Of a DNA stretch of 64,000 nucleotides, positions 1 through 12,600 are shown one piece after another; position 1 is the stretch's first letter; each line of letters begins with the position of its first letter. The stretch lies in assembly GCF_000002075.1 (NCBI RefSeq), contig NW_004797755.1, positions 64,472 to 128,471 on the forward strand, given 5' to 3'. Both the position numbers and the translations under genes were made by a program. The notes under the pieces were generated by a model. That model was not told where the DNA came from. It did no database searches and saw nothing but the letters and a program-made list of their open reading frames with translations. The stretch is from Aplysia californica (Eukaryota).

Positions 1-680
1 GGGTTCCAATTCTGATCGAGGGTCGGGCCTGACTAGGCCTGAAGACGTCCTTCAACATACGTCCAGTATTATATATGAGTCTATCTAGGCTTCTTAGTAG
101 TAAAGTAGTAAAGTGTTAAAAACTCGGATGAATAGAATAATGGGCAAAAAGGACCCTGATGTTAGGGTTACAGAGGCACTGGGTTTATTGAACAAATCAG
201 AGGGCCGGGAGAAAAATATAGGCCTAGATCAAGGAGTTTACAGTAATATATTTGGAACTAAAATATCAGGGGACTGTAGGAGCGATTTAAAAAAAAACCT
301 GGGGATGTGTTGACGAATTAACTAAAATCAACTTGTTTGAAAGCTCGTTTCAGAGCAACGGCAGTAGGAGTAAAATCAGAGGTGATAAAATAAAACAATA
401 CGACTCTCATAGCCAGTCCAATGATTATAATGATACGGTCTCTGAGCCAGTCCACCTTTTACGGCTTACTTTTTCAAGGGAGTCTACTCTTATCAACAGC
501 GTAAACTAACAACGTCAACTCAAGAAGAGCCGAGCCGAGAAGCCTCCGGGTTGTAACTCGCAGACTTTGTCGAAATTGGTTCTCTGTTCGACAAAACAAA
601 CTTGAGCTAACTGCCGTTGTGCAGTTGGTAAATGCTTTGGAGTTCCTGTAATCTTCGCAGTCAAAATAACTGTTTGCGCT

Positions 681-683
681 ATG
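681..683 (+). CDS. COG7: COG7 coding exon 1 (ATG only, at the end of a 5'UTR exon)
   Basis: gcgctATG|gtatgt is a strong phase-0 donor that supplies the Met missing before DYSKF at 4343. It was the only ATG|GT with a good donor that I found upstream. Confidence 0.75.
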
Positions 684-3600
684 GTATGTTATCCTGGTGT
701 ATCTATGCAGTTGCAGACAAGATCTATGCACTGCTTCTTGGTCTTAGTTGGTTTCCTGGACCTTTGCCTTTGGCTTTGGCCTTGGTATGGCAAGTTTGAG
801 ATCTCTAGAAAAATCTAGAGTCTACATCTAGATCTAGAGTAAGACCTGTTAGTGGAGGAAGGGAGGCTTGTCATTGTGTTGCTGAAGTTCAAGGATGGTT
901 CTCTTTAACCCTAGATTTAGAAGCACTCAGCGTTTCACCGGAAGTAACCTGCCCTAAAGGCCCCACTACCGCATCGGCCACGGTGGATCGGTTATAAACA
1001 TGGGGGCTGCCCAGCTTGTCACAATTTCCTTGAAGTATTTATGTATTGATGAGATGACAGCTATAATTATAACACTTAAACACTGTATTGTAACTTAATT
1101 TTTTCAGGGAGGATGGTTCTGTAACGAGCGACCACCCCAACCTACGCAATAAAAGAAGGGACTTTTGAGTGGGATTTAAAAGATAAGGTTTAGTATTTGG
1201 TTGGGCAATAAAGAAAGTAAAGAAAGTAAGCTGAGCTTGTGTTACTTTGTATTCCTCTTTCCTTCCTTTGTCTCTTCACCTGGTTAGTAATTTATTAGTG
1301 ACAATGTTAACATCTGAAAGACACGTAATAATATGACATGATTAGATCAAAATCAGTCGCAGGACCGTGATTCGAACAGGACCAGTGAGTGAGGGAAGCA
1401 GACATGATTAGTAGTTTTTTGGTAGTCCAGTAGTAATACATGCCGAACAGCTGGTGTTACCACTGAGTAAAAAAAAGTTCTTATAAACCTACTTGAGTTA
1501 ACCCACTCAGTACCATTGGATTTCCAGGACCACGCAAAGGGGAATAAATCCATGTTTGTAATGTAGTGGGTATTTTGAAAAAATCATTATAAAATAACCA
1601 ATCCATTGATAAAAAAAAATCTTGAAACAAGTTCTTCACAAATGAATAGATTTTAATTTAAAAATTACTTGTTTATTGTGTGTGTTGACTGTACTTCATA
1701 ATTGAAGATAAAATCAGCCGAGTTGTAATCTAGATTTAGATCTAGTCATATATGCTCCTCATTGACCTCATTCTCATTGTCCGAATCACCCCCCCAAAGG
1801 GACAATTAGATCGCCATCAATGTCACTTTCACTTCAATTACCTTTCTATGGGTTTTCTCCCCCAGCACTGATATTTTCATTAAAATTATCCAAAAGTTCG
1901 CGTAAATCAGTCTGAACGCGAAGCCGGCGGCTTGCGAAGAACGCTCGATCTTAGCTTACGCGACCCGTGTGAACTGCAGTAAAGTTTACATTGAATTTAG
2001 TCCAACTAAAATTTCCAGAGTTATGTCCCTGCTGCTCTCAAGGAAAGAATGATTATCTATTTTCTTATTGGTCGAAATGCGGGTTAAATATGATGGTTAC
2101 CAAGCGTGCACACTTCCCTAGAAACAACGCTACAACTCGCGTCCGGCTAGGCCGGCTACGGCCGTAATGGTATTAGGCTTTTGAAACGGAAGCGGCCGGC
2201 TACGGCCGTTATGGTACTGAGTGGGTTAAGTGGGAGTGTGTATCACCTTTCAAAATTCCCAAAACGCAATTATTTTTTACCTCGAAGGGTTTTAATGAGG
2301 TTCCTTTGGAAAATCAGGAAAGCTGATGCGATCGGCTTTAAAAAAAAAGTAAATTTCTATACCTCATTTTCGCAATACATAGAAACGACTTCCGTATTTT
2401 GAGTTGCCATCGTGGACAAGCGCGGCTTTCTCCGTACCGGTCTACTTGTATTTCTTTCTTTTCGTACGCCCGTGTCGCGGTAAGGGATGAAGCGAAAAAT
2501 TATACAAATAATGATTTCATTTCGATCGTGGTTTGAACGGAAGAAGAAAAGGTTAAAAAAAAACAACCTTACCCTAAAATTTACCTTAGTCAAGGAGGCA
2601 AGCCCACCCCCCACCCCCCACTCACAAAAAAAGAAGTGCTGCGCCTGATTCCCCCCACCCCACCAATTACCCTATAAAAAAAGAAAGTACCGTTTTAAAA
2701 TAATTATAAAAGAAATAATTTTCCTAATCAAAACGATTTATTTTTGAATACCTCATGTATATGACTACTTCTCTACATAGTCATTAGAACTGTTGAGGCA
2801 TTTGTCGTAGCGTGGGACGCGCTTCTGAATGCCCTCATTGTAGAAAACTGCCGCTTGCGATGTCAGCCGATGTCCAGTCTTTCCTGTGAGATCAGCGTGT
2901 GAGTCGTAGTCATACCCACCCAAAGCTTTTTTAAATGTAGGAACAGATGAAAGTCACTCGGAGCCAGGTCTTGGCTGCACGATGGGTGCTTCAACTGTTC
3001 CCATCCGAAGGAGGCGAACAGGTTTAGGGTCTGTGCAGACTTGTGAGGAGTTTCATCGATTCAAACCAAAGACGCGGGATGCTTAGCGACGGCGTTGTTC
3101 TGCTTCACGACAATGCAACTCCTCACAAGTCTGCACAGACCCAAAACCTGATCGCCTCCTTCGGATGGGAACAGTTGAAGCACCCATCATGCAGCCAAGA
3201 TCTGGCTCCGAGTGACTTCCATCTGTTCCTGCTTTTAAAAATGTTTTTGGCCGGGCAGGACTTCGACTCAGACGCTGATCTCACAGGAAAGACTGGACAT
3301 TGGCTGACATCCCAGGCGGCAGCTTTCCACGATGAGGGCATTTAGAAGCACGTCCCACGCTACGACAAATGCCATAACAGTTCGGGTGACTATGTGGAGA
3401 AGTAGACATATGTATGAGGTATTCAAAAACAAATCGTTTTGATTAGGAAAATTATTTCTTTTATAATAATTTTAAAACGATACTTACTTTCTGGACGTCC
3501 CTCATATGTTAGGCTGTGTGCTTCCCAGGTAGCCTGGCTCACGCCCTATATATAGGGCCTACGCGCTTCCAGGGTTAATATATTCATACGGTAAAGGTGC

Positions 3601-6600
3601 ATTTTAGGTGCGTTAATTATTAGACTCACTGTACAACAACACGTTATTACTTGGGCTCGTAGCACATCATTAAACCCAAGTACAACAATAACATGTTAAT
3701 TGAATAGAAATTTCAAATATTGGCGCGAGTAAATTATCAGTTGTTGTTCATCAGCATCACTTTGCGGACCTGGACGATCCAGACATCCACAACGAACACA
3801 TCGAGAACACATGTGTGGATGCAGGCTAAACGAAAATTGCACAGCAGACAGTTCGGCACATCGCGTGATCTCTTCCCATCCTATCTCCATGAATTTGTTT
3901 TTCGCAACAGGTTTCTTGACAAGGACATAGTTTCTTCTCATGATGAGAACTAGATCTTTAGCTGATAATTATCACCTATATTATCCGTGCTACAAATAAA
4001 CGCAAGTATTAAGGTGTTATTGTTGTTTTGGTCTAATAATGTGCCTCAAATGCAACTATTAATGGGTTACTGTTGCAATCTGAATTTTAGGAGGGGAGGG
4101 ATTCCGTAATGAGTGACCGCTATGAAATAGAGGGTTAGGCTCAAGGGTAAAATTGGGGTTAGGTCTCTTCTTTATTGTGTTTGCTGGGGTGGTTGCCAGT
4201 TATCATGGAAGTCTTTCCAATTTTAGTGACCTAATATCAATAGTCTGTCGACAAACAAAATTAGGAAAATGTGCTGTTCTTTTACAGGGATTGATTGGAC
4301 TATATTTTTAGTTTAATTCTACTTATTGAATTTTTGTTCTAGGACTACTCAAAATTTATGGATGACAATTTTGATGCCAAAGAGTGGATCAATGCTGCCT
4401 TTCGAAATCAAAAAGAAGCTGGTGTCTCCAAGGATGTAAGTAACAACTGTATATTTACACCTTAGCATTGTGAAATTTGTTAAGGCATTTTGCCCAACAT
4501 GGTAATGTATGTTATATAGTATGGTATACACATACGTTGTGCTCATATTTTTTTAACACAAGAACTAATAGATTTATTACATCTTGGGTAGGTAGAAAGA
4601 TTTAAAGGAAGCAAAATGTGGACTCAGATGTGGAGATTCTACCTGAAGGTACTTGCCCAAGAACAAGACAGTACTGACAGTGAAACTTTTGTTTGTCTTA
4701 AAAATAAAAGAATGATAAAATTATATTGCAGTGTCAGTGGTTTTGCAAAATTTTTAGAAAGAGATATTGGAATTCTACATTCCTTGATGGGGGAGAGTTG
4801 GGGGGGGGGGGGCGAATTTGTTTTCGCCCCCATACTAATTATAATGTCCTGAAAGTAGTGACACTGTGACTGTGGTCTGATGATTATCTTATGATTGTTT
4901 TGGTAACCATTTTTTTTCCAAAATGAGCAATGAGTCAGAGTTAGAATGTGGTCATACCAAATTACAAGCAAGTGTCAATCTTTATGTATGATTTGGAAAT
5001 ATTCTGCTATTCATCATAAGCTCCTTTAGTTTGTGCAATGGAAGTCATATTTGGAAGGTGTTACTTAGTTAGTCTGGTGCAAATTGTGTCTTTACGACAG
5101 TGGAATGTAGGAGTTTTTAGTTAGAAAGTTTTTAAACAAGAAACATTTGCAGAATAGTTTCAGTATGTATGATCATTTGCACTAAACAGAATATGTATGA
5201 AACCTAGTTTGTTTCACTATGTTGTATTTGTTTTCTTGTGTGTAGTTTTATTGTTCTCTTTTTTTTTTTCCTATTCCAATTGGATAACTTCCTAACTTGT
5301 GTAATTTCAGCAATATGCGACAACTATGGTCATGAAGCTGCAGGTTTTCATCCAGGTGAGCTGTCTATACTCATAGAAAGGGAAATGAAATGTATGTGAT
5401 CATACGGCTATGATCATCTGTCACAAATTTGAAGACTAATTTTCTTTTATCAATGCACCTCTTCCTTGTTTCAAATAAATGTATCTATCTATCTAGTCTT
5501 TTCTAAAGTAATTCGTTCAGGATGGTTGAAAATAATGTTGATGTACTTTTTATTGAATGAAGACATAACAACATTTGTGAGGCAACATGGTGAAATCAGG
5601 CGCTCGTCAAAATAATGAAAGTCAAGAAACTGGCGTTTTTTTTCAGGTTTGGACTTTTTTTTTCAAATTTTTGTTTTTTGGCTCAACACCTTTATGTCCA
5701 TTCAAGAACTGTTATGTATGGATTTTATGGAAAAACGCTGATTAAAGGCCTAAAAAATGTAAATTTGAAGTGTCCAAGGACTCTCAAGCTAAGGAAATAT
5801 CTCAACTTTAGTGGCTATTTTCTTGCTAATTTTACATCTGAAACCAGGTGACCCCAACCTCCTTCAATTGCCGATATCTTGACTTGTATGAGGCAAATGG
5901 AGAGGCTTTCAGATGATACCAATAACTCCATAGGCCCAAAAATTGACTAGTGCCTGATTCCACCTCGTCATGACACATTTTAGAATGACTAACTTGAACA
6001 GAAGCTCCTCAGAATGTTTGATAGTCATTTGACGTTTTATATTTATTTTAGAGGTTGCAGAAGGTGTCAATTGTTGAGTTACGTAATTCATTTTTCAAGC
6101 ACCTTATTCTACAAAGTTCACATTATATAATGGACATGGTACGTTTTCTGCTGTTTGCAAATAAGAGTGATTTGGTATTGACAGAACATACACTATTGTA
6201 GTATTTACTTGAGAAAGTGATTTAATGTTGTTATTTTAATGTGTATATATATTTTCTCTCCTGCACTCTTTAGGAAGTCAACAATGTACTGGAGGAAGCT
6301 AGCCAGCAGGCTCTTCAGAATCTGCCAAGGTAGAGTAGTAGCAAGCATCAGCTGCTTTTTTGCATGCTGTTGAATAGCAATGTGAAGTAAAATTAAATTT
6401 TTGCAAAAATAAGCTTTGATGATATAAGATAATTTTAATTTCTCTTAGAATAAATGTTATACGGTAATATTTAGGATTCAGTAGAAATTTGGTGCGATTC
6501 ACTCTTTTCAGAGTTGACAATACTTTTGACAGGTTTGATTTCTTGTATCATTTTTTTTTACCTTTCCATAATAAGGGATTGACAGATATTGAAAAATCAG

Positions 6601-9600
6601 GCCCATTGTCTCAGTATCTTCTTTTTTTTAAAGTTAAGAAACATATATATTTTGTTCATTCTATTTTGTGCCCATACACGCATTTTGATTATATTATGCT
6701 GAACAAGATCTTCCATGCTATAGCTGGTGCATATTTCATTTCACCATATGCTTTTAGAGAGTTTGAGTTAAATAGTCTGTAAATGGTATGCATTCTGTTG
6801 GCATTGATAAACTGATTTGTGACTAATTGGTTGTATGTTGTTTGACTTGATCTCTTGAGTAGTTTTTAAAACATGTTTTGAACTTTAATAAGATCCACAA
6901 AAGGTTCAATTTTTAAATCTAGTACTGTGATCCCTCATAGCTGTTGCTGAAAGGTTAAACAGCTGAATGCATCTGTTTTATGTCAATTCTTTCAGAGTTG
7001 TGCGAGAGCTTGACGCAATCAAACAAGAGTCCTCTTTATTACAAGATCAGATGAGAATTGTCAAGCAAGACATTCAGAAGGTACTTTGGTTGTGTTGTAT
7101 ACACAGAGCTAAGAATGTTTAAGGAGATAACCAAAAAGAAGAGCCTGAAAATTCTGCGCCACATTCCCTGTAACAATCTTATATATTACAGTCGAACCTG
7201 CCCTAACGGCCACTTCTATAAGACGGCCACCTGTACAAACGGCCACTTTCCATTTCCCCCCTTGCGTTTTTTCTACATAATTTAACTGTGTAAAACGGGC
7301 ACCTGTCCAACGCGGCCGCGGCCATCTTATTTTAACACACAACCCCTATCACACCAAGCAATAACACCTGTCTTAGATGGCCACCTTAGTGACTCCATTT
7401 TGTTTTGCCATAAATTGTGCTTTGGCCCTTGGCGTTGTGGGTGAGCCGTCATAATCCAGTCACCTGTCGTTGTTGTAAGATAGTCCCTCCAACCAATCGT
7501 GTTGCGTATGCCCCTCCCACTGTTTACCAATAGCTACCAATTTTCAGCTGCTGGTGAGGTAAGCGTGTGATCCCTCATAACCCATAAGCCCTGCCCAGAA
7601 CTCATACACAAATCGTAAGTGAGATGAGTGGTCACTGTTTACCCAGTCTGTAACAAAGTACAGTAGTCTCCGCCTAAACGCACGCCATACAAAAGCACGC
7701 TCCACTAAAACGCACACTTTTGTCATCTGACGGGTTTTTTACTATATAATTTAGACGTACAAACGCACGGTCACTCCCTCTAAACGCACGCTCCGATCTG
7801 CGAAACACTCTGACAGGTAAAGCTTGACTAAGGGAAATTTTCACCACGACTACTGTACGATCTGCACAGCTTGCATAAGATTAGCCTAGAAAAACCGGAT
7901 ATTTGGCGAGACTGCCCCTCACGCCGAACAAAGAGAGTGATAGACAGCGTTTTCACACCCGACTTTCCACAGACACATAGGTCTAGGACTAGTCAGTGAA
8001 ATGTTGGGGGGTTGGGGGACTGAAACGTTATTTGATTGGTTACTGGAAATGCATTTCTTTGAGAGAAGGTTTGTGACTGGTGTTTGAGTGACTGCGTGTT
8101 GGCAAATGTTTAGTTAGACGTAAGCCTATGATGCGCAACACGCGTGAATGCTCGTTCATGAATTTACGGTCGGAGGTGGTCGCTTGGAAAGCCATGTGGC
8201 TGGGCCGTCGTCTCTATGACTATCACCAACAATTTCTTTTTAGGCTATTGGTCCCTGACATTTTATGGTGCTTTCATTACATCGAGTTTGTCTTTCTGTC
8301 CCCCCCCCCCCACGCACACACACATTCAATGCCTTTGCAGTCTTAACCGCAGCCGGCCGCGGAATCTTTTACAATACAGACATGTGTCGTCACATTATCG
8401 GCCCAAAGTGACACCCTGCCCAAAGGGAGGTCACTAGAATATCAAGGCAATGAGATGACTGCGTGCCTTCCTCCCTTTGCAAAGGTTCATGTAAACGCAC
8501 GCTTCGTATAAACACACGCTAGGGAGCCCTCCCGAGCACCGTGCGTTTAGGCGGAGACTACTGTAACAATGGACGTCAACATGAGCTTAATTGCGACAGA
8601 AGCGTCACTCGTTCTCCGAGTGGTGGAGACCCATGTGTTTGTTTTAACAATACACTCGGTCCTCCTTGTCTGACACATTTTGTTTTATTGTCACCCTTGC
8701 ACAAAAGCAGCGACAAAAGAAAAAGAAAACCCAGCGAAAACAATAGCAACAACAATAACAACAACCAGCATCGGAACTAGCGTCGTTTAGACCGATAAGC
8801 CTCACATCCTGTGTCATCAAAGTTATGGAGAGAATGGTATCTGAACGACTGAACGGAACGGCTGGTTCTCCGAACTACAGGCTGGTTTCAAGAAGGGGAG
8901 AGGTGTGGAAGACCAAATTCTGAGAATTACTCAGAAGATTTCCGATGGCTTCCAAAAGAAGGAGAAATCGGTACTCGTCCTCCTCGATTTTTCAAAGGCA
9001 TACGACACGGTCTGGCGAGAAAGCCTACTCCCCACCCTCCTAGACAGAGGTATCCCAGATACATACGTTTTGTGGCTGAATGACTTCCTTCATAATCGTC
9101 AAGCCAGAGTTTGATTCAACGGAATACTGAGTAATAGCAGGAAAATGAACCAAGGCCTCCCACAAGGTTCTGTCCTGGCACCCATCCTCTTCCTTTTTTA
9201 TATCGACGAACTGGCGAAACTACTTCCGGATGATCTCACAATTTCACTCTACGCTGTCGACGTCTCTATCCTCGCTTCATCAGGCACGACACGAGACGCC
9301 GAAAGTCTGGCACAAAGAGCGGTGGACACCGTTGCTGACTGGAGCAGGCGATGGAAACTCACGCTAAACAGCTCAAAGAGCGAGACTACATTCTTCACGC
9401 TCGCAACATCTGACTCGGAATGGAAGCCATGCATCACGATAAATAATTCGACAATTAAGTATGAGCCCTACGCAAGACTCCTGGAAGTCACGCTCGACCG
9501 CAGGCTCACGTTCAGGAAACAGGTTGAGACAGTAATAGCTAAGGCCACACAGAAGATGAGGATGCTCGGCGCTGTAGCGCACTCAAAATGGGGATGGAGG

Positions 9601-12600
9601 AAAGACGACCTACGCAAGGTCTACCTCACCCATATACAAAGTGTTCNNNNNNNNNNNNNNNNNNNNNNNNNNNNNNNNNNNNNNNNNNNNNNNNNNNNNN
9701 NNNNNNNNNNNNNNNNNNNNNNNNNNNNNNNNNNNNNNNNNNNNNNNNNNNNNNNNNNNNNNNNNNNNNNNNNNNNNNNNNNNNNNNNNNNNNNNNNNNN
9801 NNNNNNNNNNNNNNNNNNNNNNNNNNNNNNNNNNNNNNNNNNNNNNNNNNNNNNNNNNNNNNNNNNNNNNNNNNNNNNNNNNNNNNNNNNNNNNNNNNNN
9901 NNNNNNNNNNNNNNNNNNNNNNNNNNNNNNNNNNNNNNNNNNNNNNNNNNNNNNNNNNNNNNNNNNNNNNNNNNNNNNNNNNNNNNNNNNNNNNNNNNNN
10001 NNNNNNNNNNNNNNNNNNNNNNNNNNNNNNNNNNNNNNNNNNNNNNNNNNNNNNNNNNNNNNNNNNNNNNNNNNNNNNNNNNNNNNNNNNNNNNNNNNNN
10101 NNNNNNNNNNNNNNNNNNNNNNNNNNNNNNNNNNNNNNNNNNNNNNNNNNNNNNNNNNNTGACGGCTCGGCTAGGGCAGGAACAACGGACGGCGGCGCTG
10201 GAGTCGTCATCACAACGGGGGACCCGTCCAACCCTACCGTTGTCAAGATGTTGAGGGAGAAAGGCACCATATTCACGTGCTCTTTCGAGGAAGAGAGGAG
10301 AGCCTTGTAATTGGCCATTGACTGGATTGACAAAGAGTGCGATGCATCCAACTCGGTCGCTATCTTCACCGACAGTCAATCACTGTGCATGGCACTAGTG
10401 GGAACATCACCATCCCTCGACCAAATGCGACTACGCATAAATAATGCAATACCTCAACCCACGATTCAGTGGTTCCCTGGTCACTGCGATATCCTCGGCA
10501 ACGATCTCGCTGACAGTAATGCCAAACTGGCAACAGCGCTGCCGGGTCCAGGCCGCCAAATTACTTATGAAAGTGCGTGCGCCCAGATAAAATTAATTAC
10601 AAAAGACCCCCTTATATGCCACACACGGACGAAGGAAGTATACAGGGCATTTTCCTTAAAATAAGAGGCTCTTATTATGTCCCGCAGTGACCAGTCATTA
10701 CTGGCAAAAATCAGGACCGGTCACTTCTCTGGGCTGCGGGCCTACAAAAATAGAATAGACAAAACATCGGACCCAACTTGTCCATTGTGCAGCGAGGAAC
10801 CCCAAGATTTGGAGCACTGGCTGCAGAGATGCCCCGCCACGGAGGCCCGACGGTGGCATCTCTTCGGGGGGGATTCAGGGAGGTTGGACTGCCTCACCCG
10901 CGACCCAAGGGAGGCGGTGGCGAAGAGCACGCTCTTCGGGGCTCCAAACATTTCGAACGGATAGGCTTCCACACACACACACAACAACAATGCGGCTGCC
11001 TTCAGTTGGGACCTCAGAAAGGAATGGTTTGTTTTCTTCATCTTGATCAGTCCTGCCAACTTATACGGCCACTTTTCTCCTTGACAATGGGTGGCCGTCT
11101 TACACAGGTTCGACTGTACCTTCAAATTCTAGTATCTGTTTTTATTCATGTGCAGGAATAGTGTCTTCGTGTAATCTGTATTTATGCTGGTCTGTTGAAG
11201 GGTTTGTATCTAGAACATGGGGGTCATTTTTAAAAATTGATTAAGGAAATGCATGACTAAATTTGTGATGTCGTCTAGGAATAACATGCACGCCCATTCT
11301 ATTGAAACTTGTGTGTCTTTACTAGTCGGTGGAGAAGTTCTTGATATCCTTTTCTTGATTTTTAATTTGTGCAAATTGTTTCACCAGGGGCTCATTTGTT
11401 CATATTTAAATGTAAATAGGCAAAATTAGATTTGAGAATAACTTTCACCCATCTTTTTATTTATTAGTGCTTTTAGTGTCCACTTTATTATGAAATTTTA
11501 TTCTTTTAGTTTTATTAAGAGTTTTAATGCATTTGCAACACGCATAGGCCATATAAATGCTGAAGATTACAGGTATTTCAAAAGAGTAACAACAAAGAAA
11601 ATAGGAGTGCTGATTCACACTCACAAAAAAGTCAGCTTTTTTAGCATTCTGTAGAGAAATGAGCATGACTTTTTTCCATTATTTATGGAATAAAAATGGC
11701 ATTATCAGGTTGAGCAAGACACATCACAGTCAATGCAGTCTCTGCTCAAGTTGGACAGGATCAAATCACGCATGAAGACAACCGCAGATGCTCTGAAGGT
11801 ACAGTATAAATTATTTTTCCGTTGTTTCACAGGTACAAAATAATCTACTTTAGTGTTGATCTTTGCATCTATAAATACAGTTATGATAATTTGGAAATGC
11901 AATTTCTGGCTGTATGAATTGGATGCTCTACTAATTTTGTACAATATTTTCGGGACTTACAATTTGGATTTTAAAAAATAGTTTTAAACATTCTATATTT
12001 TGCAAGTATTGACTACAGTTGTATGGAAGTCTATTATCCCTTTATTGCCTTCTATTTTGAAAAGACTTTCTTATTTGCTGTCAGGGTTTTGGTTCAGTAT
12101 TGTAATATTACCCTCTATGTACATAGTCTTTATATTGATTGGGCCAATGAAATGGAATCGTGATGTAAGGAATGTGTTTATGGATTTATCTGTTTAAGAC
12201 AGTAATTGACTTTTAATCTCTTTATCATTGGTTTTAGGAAGCTGATAACTGGACAACTCTGAGTGCTGATATGGATGAAGTTTTCCAGTCTCAGAATGTT
12301 GATGATGTGAGTGAAATATGTCTTTATATGTGTACCTAGCCCAGATATATTTTTCTTGGTTCTCCTTGAGTTTTTTTTTTTCTCATTGGAGAACATTTGC
12401 ATAATCATTAGTAAGAAAGAGAATAAGATAGAAAAAAAAAATATTGAGGGTACAGTAGCTGAGGGTGCATAGTTCCTTATGTATGTGTTCATTTGTGGTT
12501 TCTTTGATATTGAAATAAGTTTGGGGGGGGGGGGGGGGTTCTTTTGAATAAGAAAGCTCTTTCCTTCTGAAATGATTGTCAGGTGCAAAGAGGTTAGCTA

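Larger units (their letters stand above)
7189..11116. mobile_element. Tc1/pogo-like MITE (outer element of a nest)
   Basis: TA|CAGTCGAACCTG ... CAGGTTCGACTG|TA with repeated subterminal acggccac motifs. A degenerate 5' copy occurs at ~44307-44410. Confidence 0.75.

Noticed and set aside
1000-1187. Possible two-exon u[34 protein letters not shown], or an ATG microexon at 1113
   Set aside because: 1108-1200 is a copy of the dispersed repeat seen at 53514, the donors are weak, and ATG|gtatgt at 681 explains the start better.
3043-3345. Domesticated mariner (SETMAR-like) exon
   Set aside because: It is only a C-terminal fragment, I saw no supporting splice sites, and COG7 splices completely without it.
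8905-10964. Reverse transcriptase as a retron/DGR-like or domesticated gene
   Set aside because: It has typical non-LTR RT-RNase H architecture, is 5'-truncated, contains in-frame stops, and YADD is mutated to YAVD.
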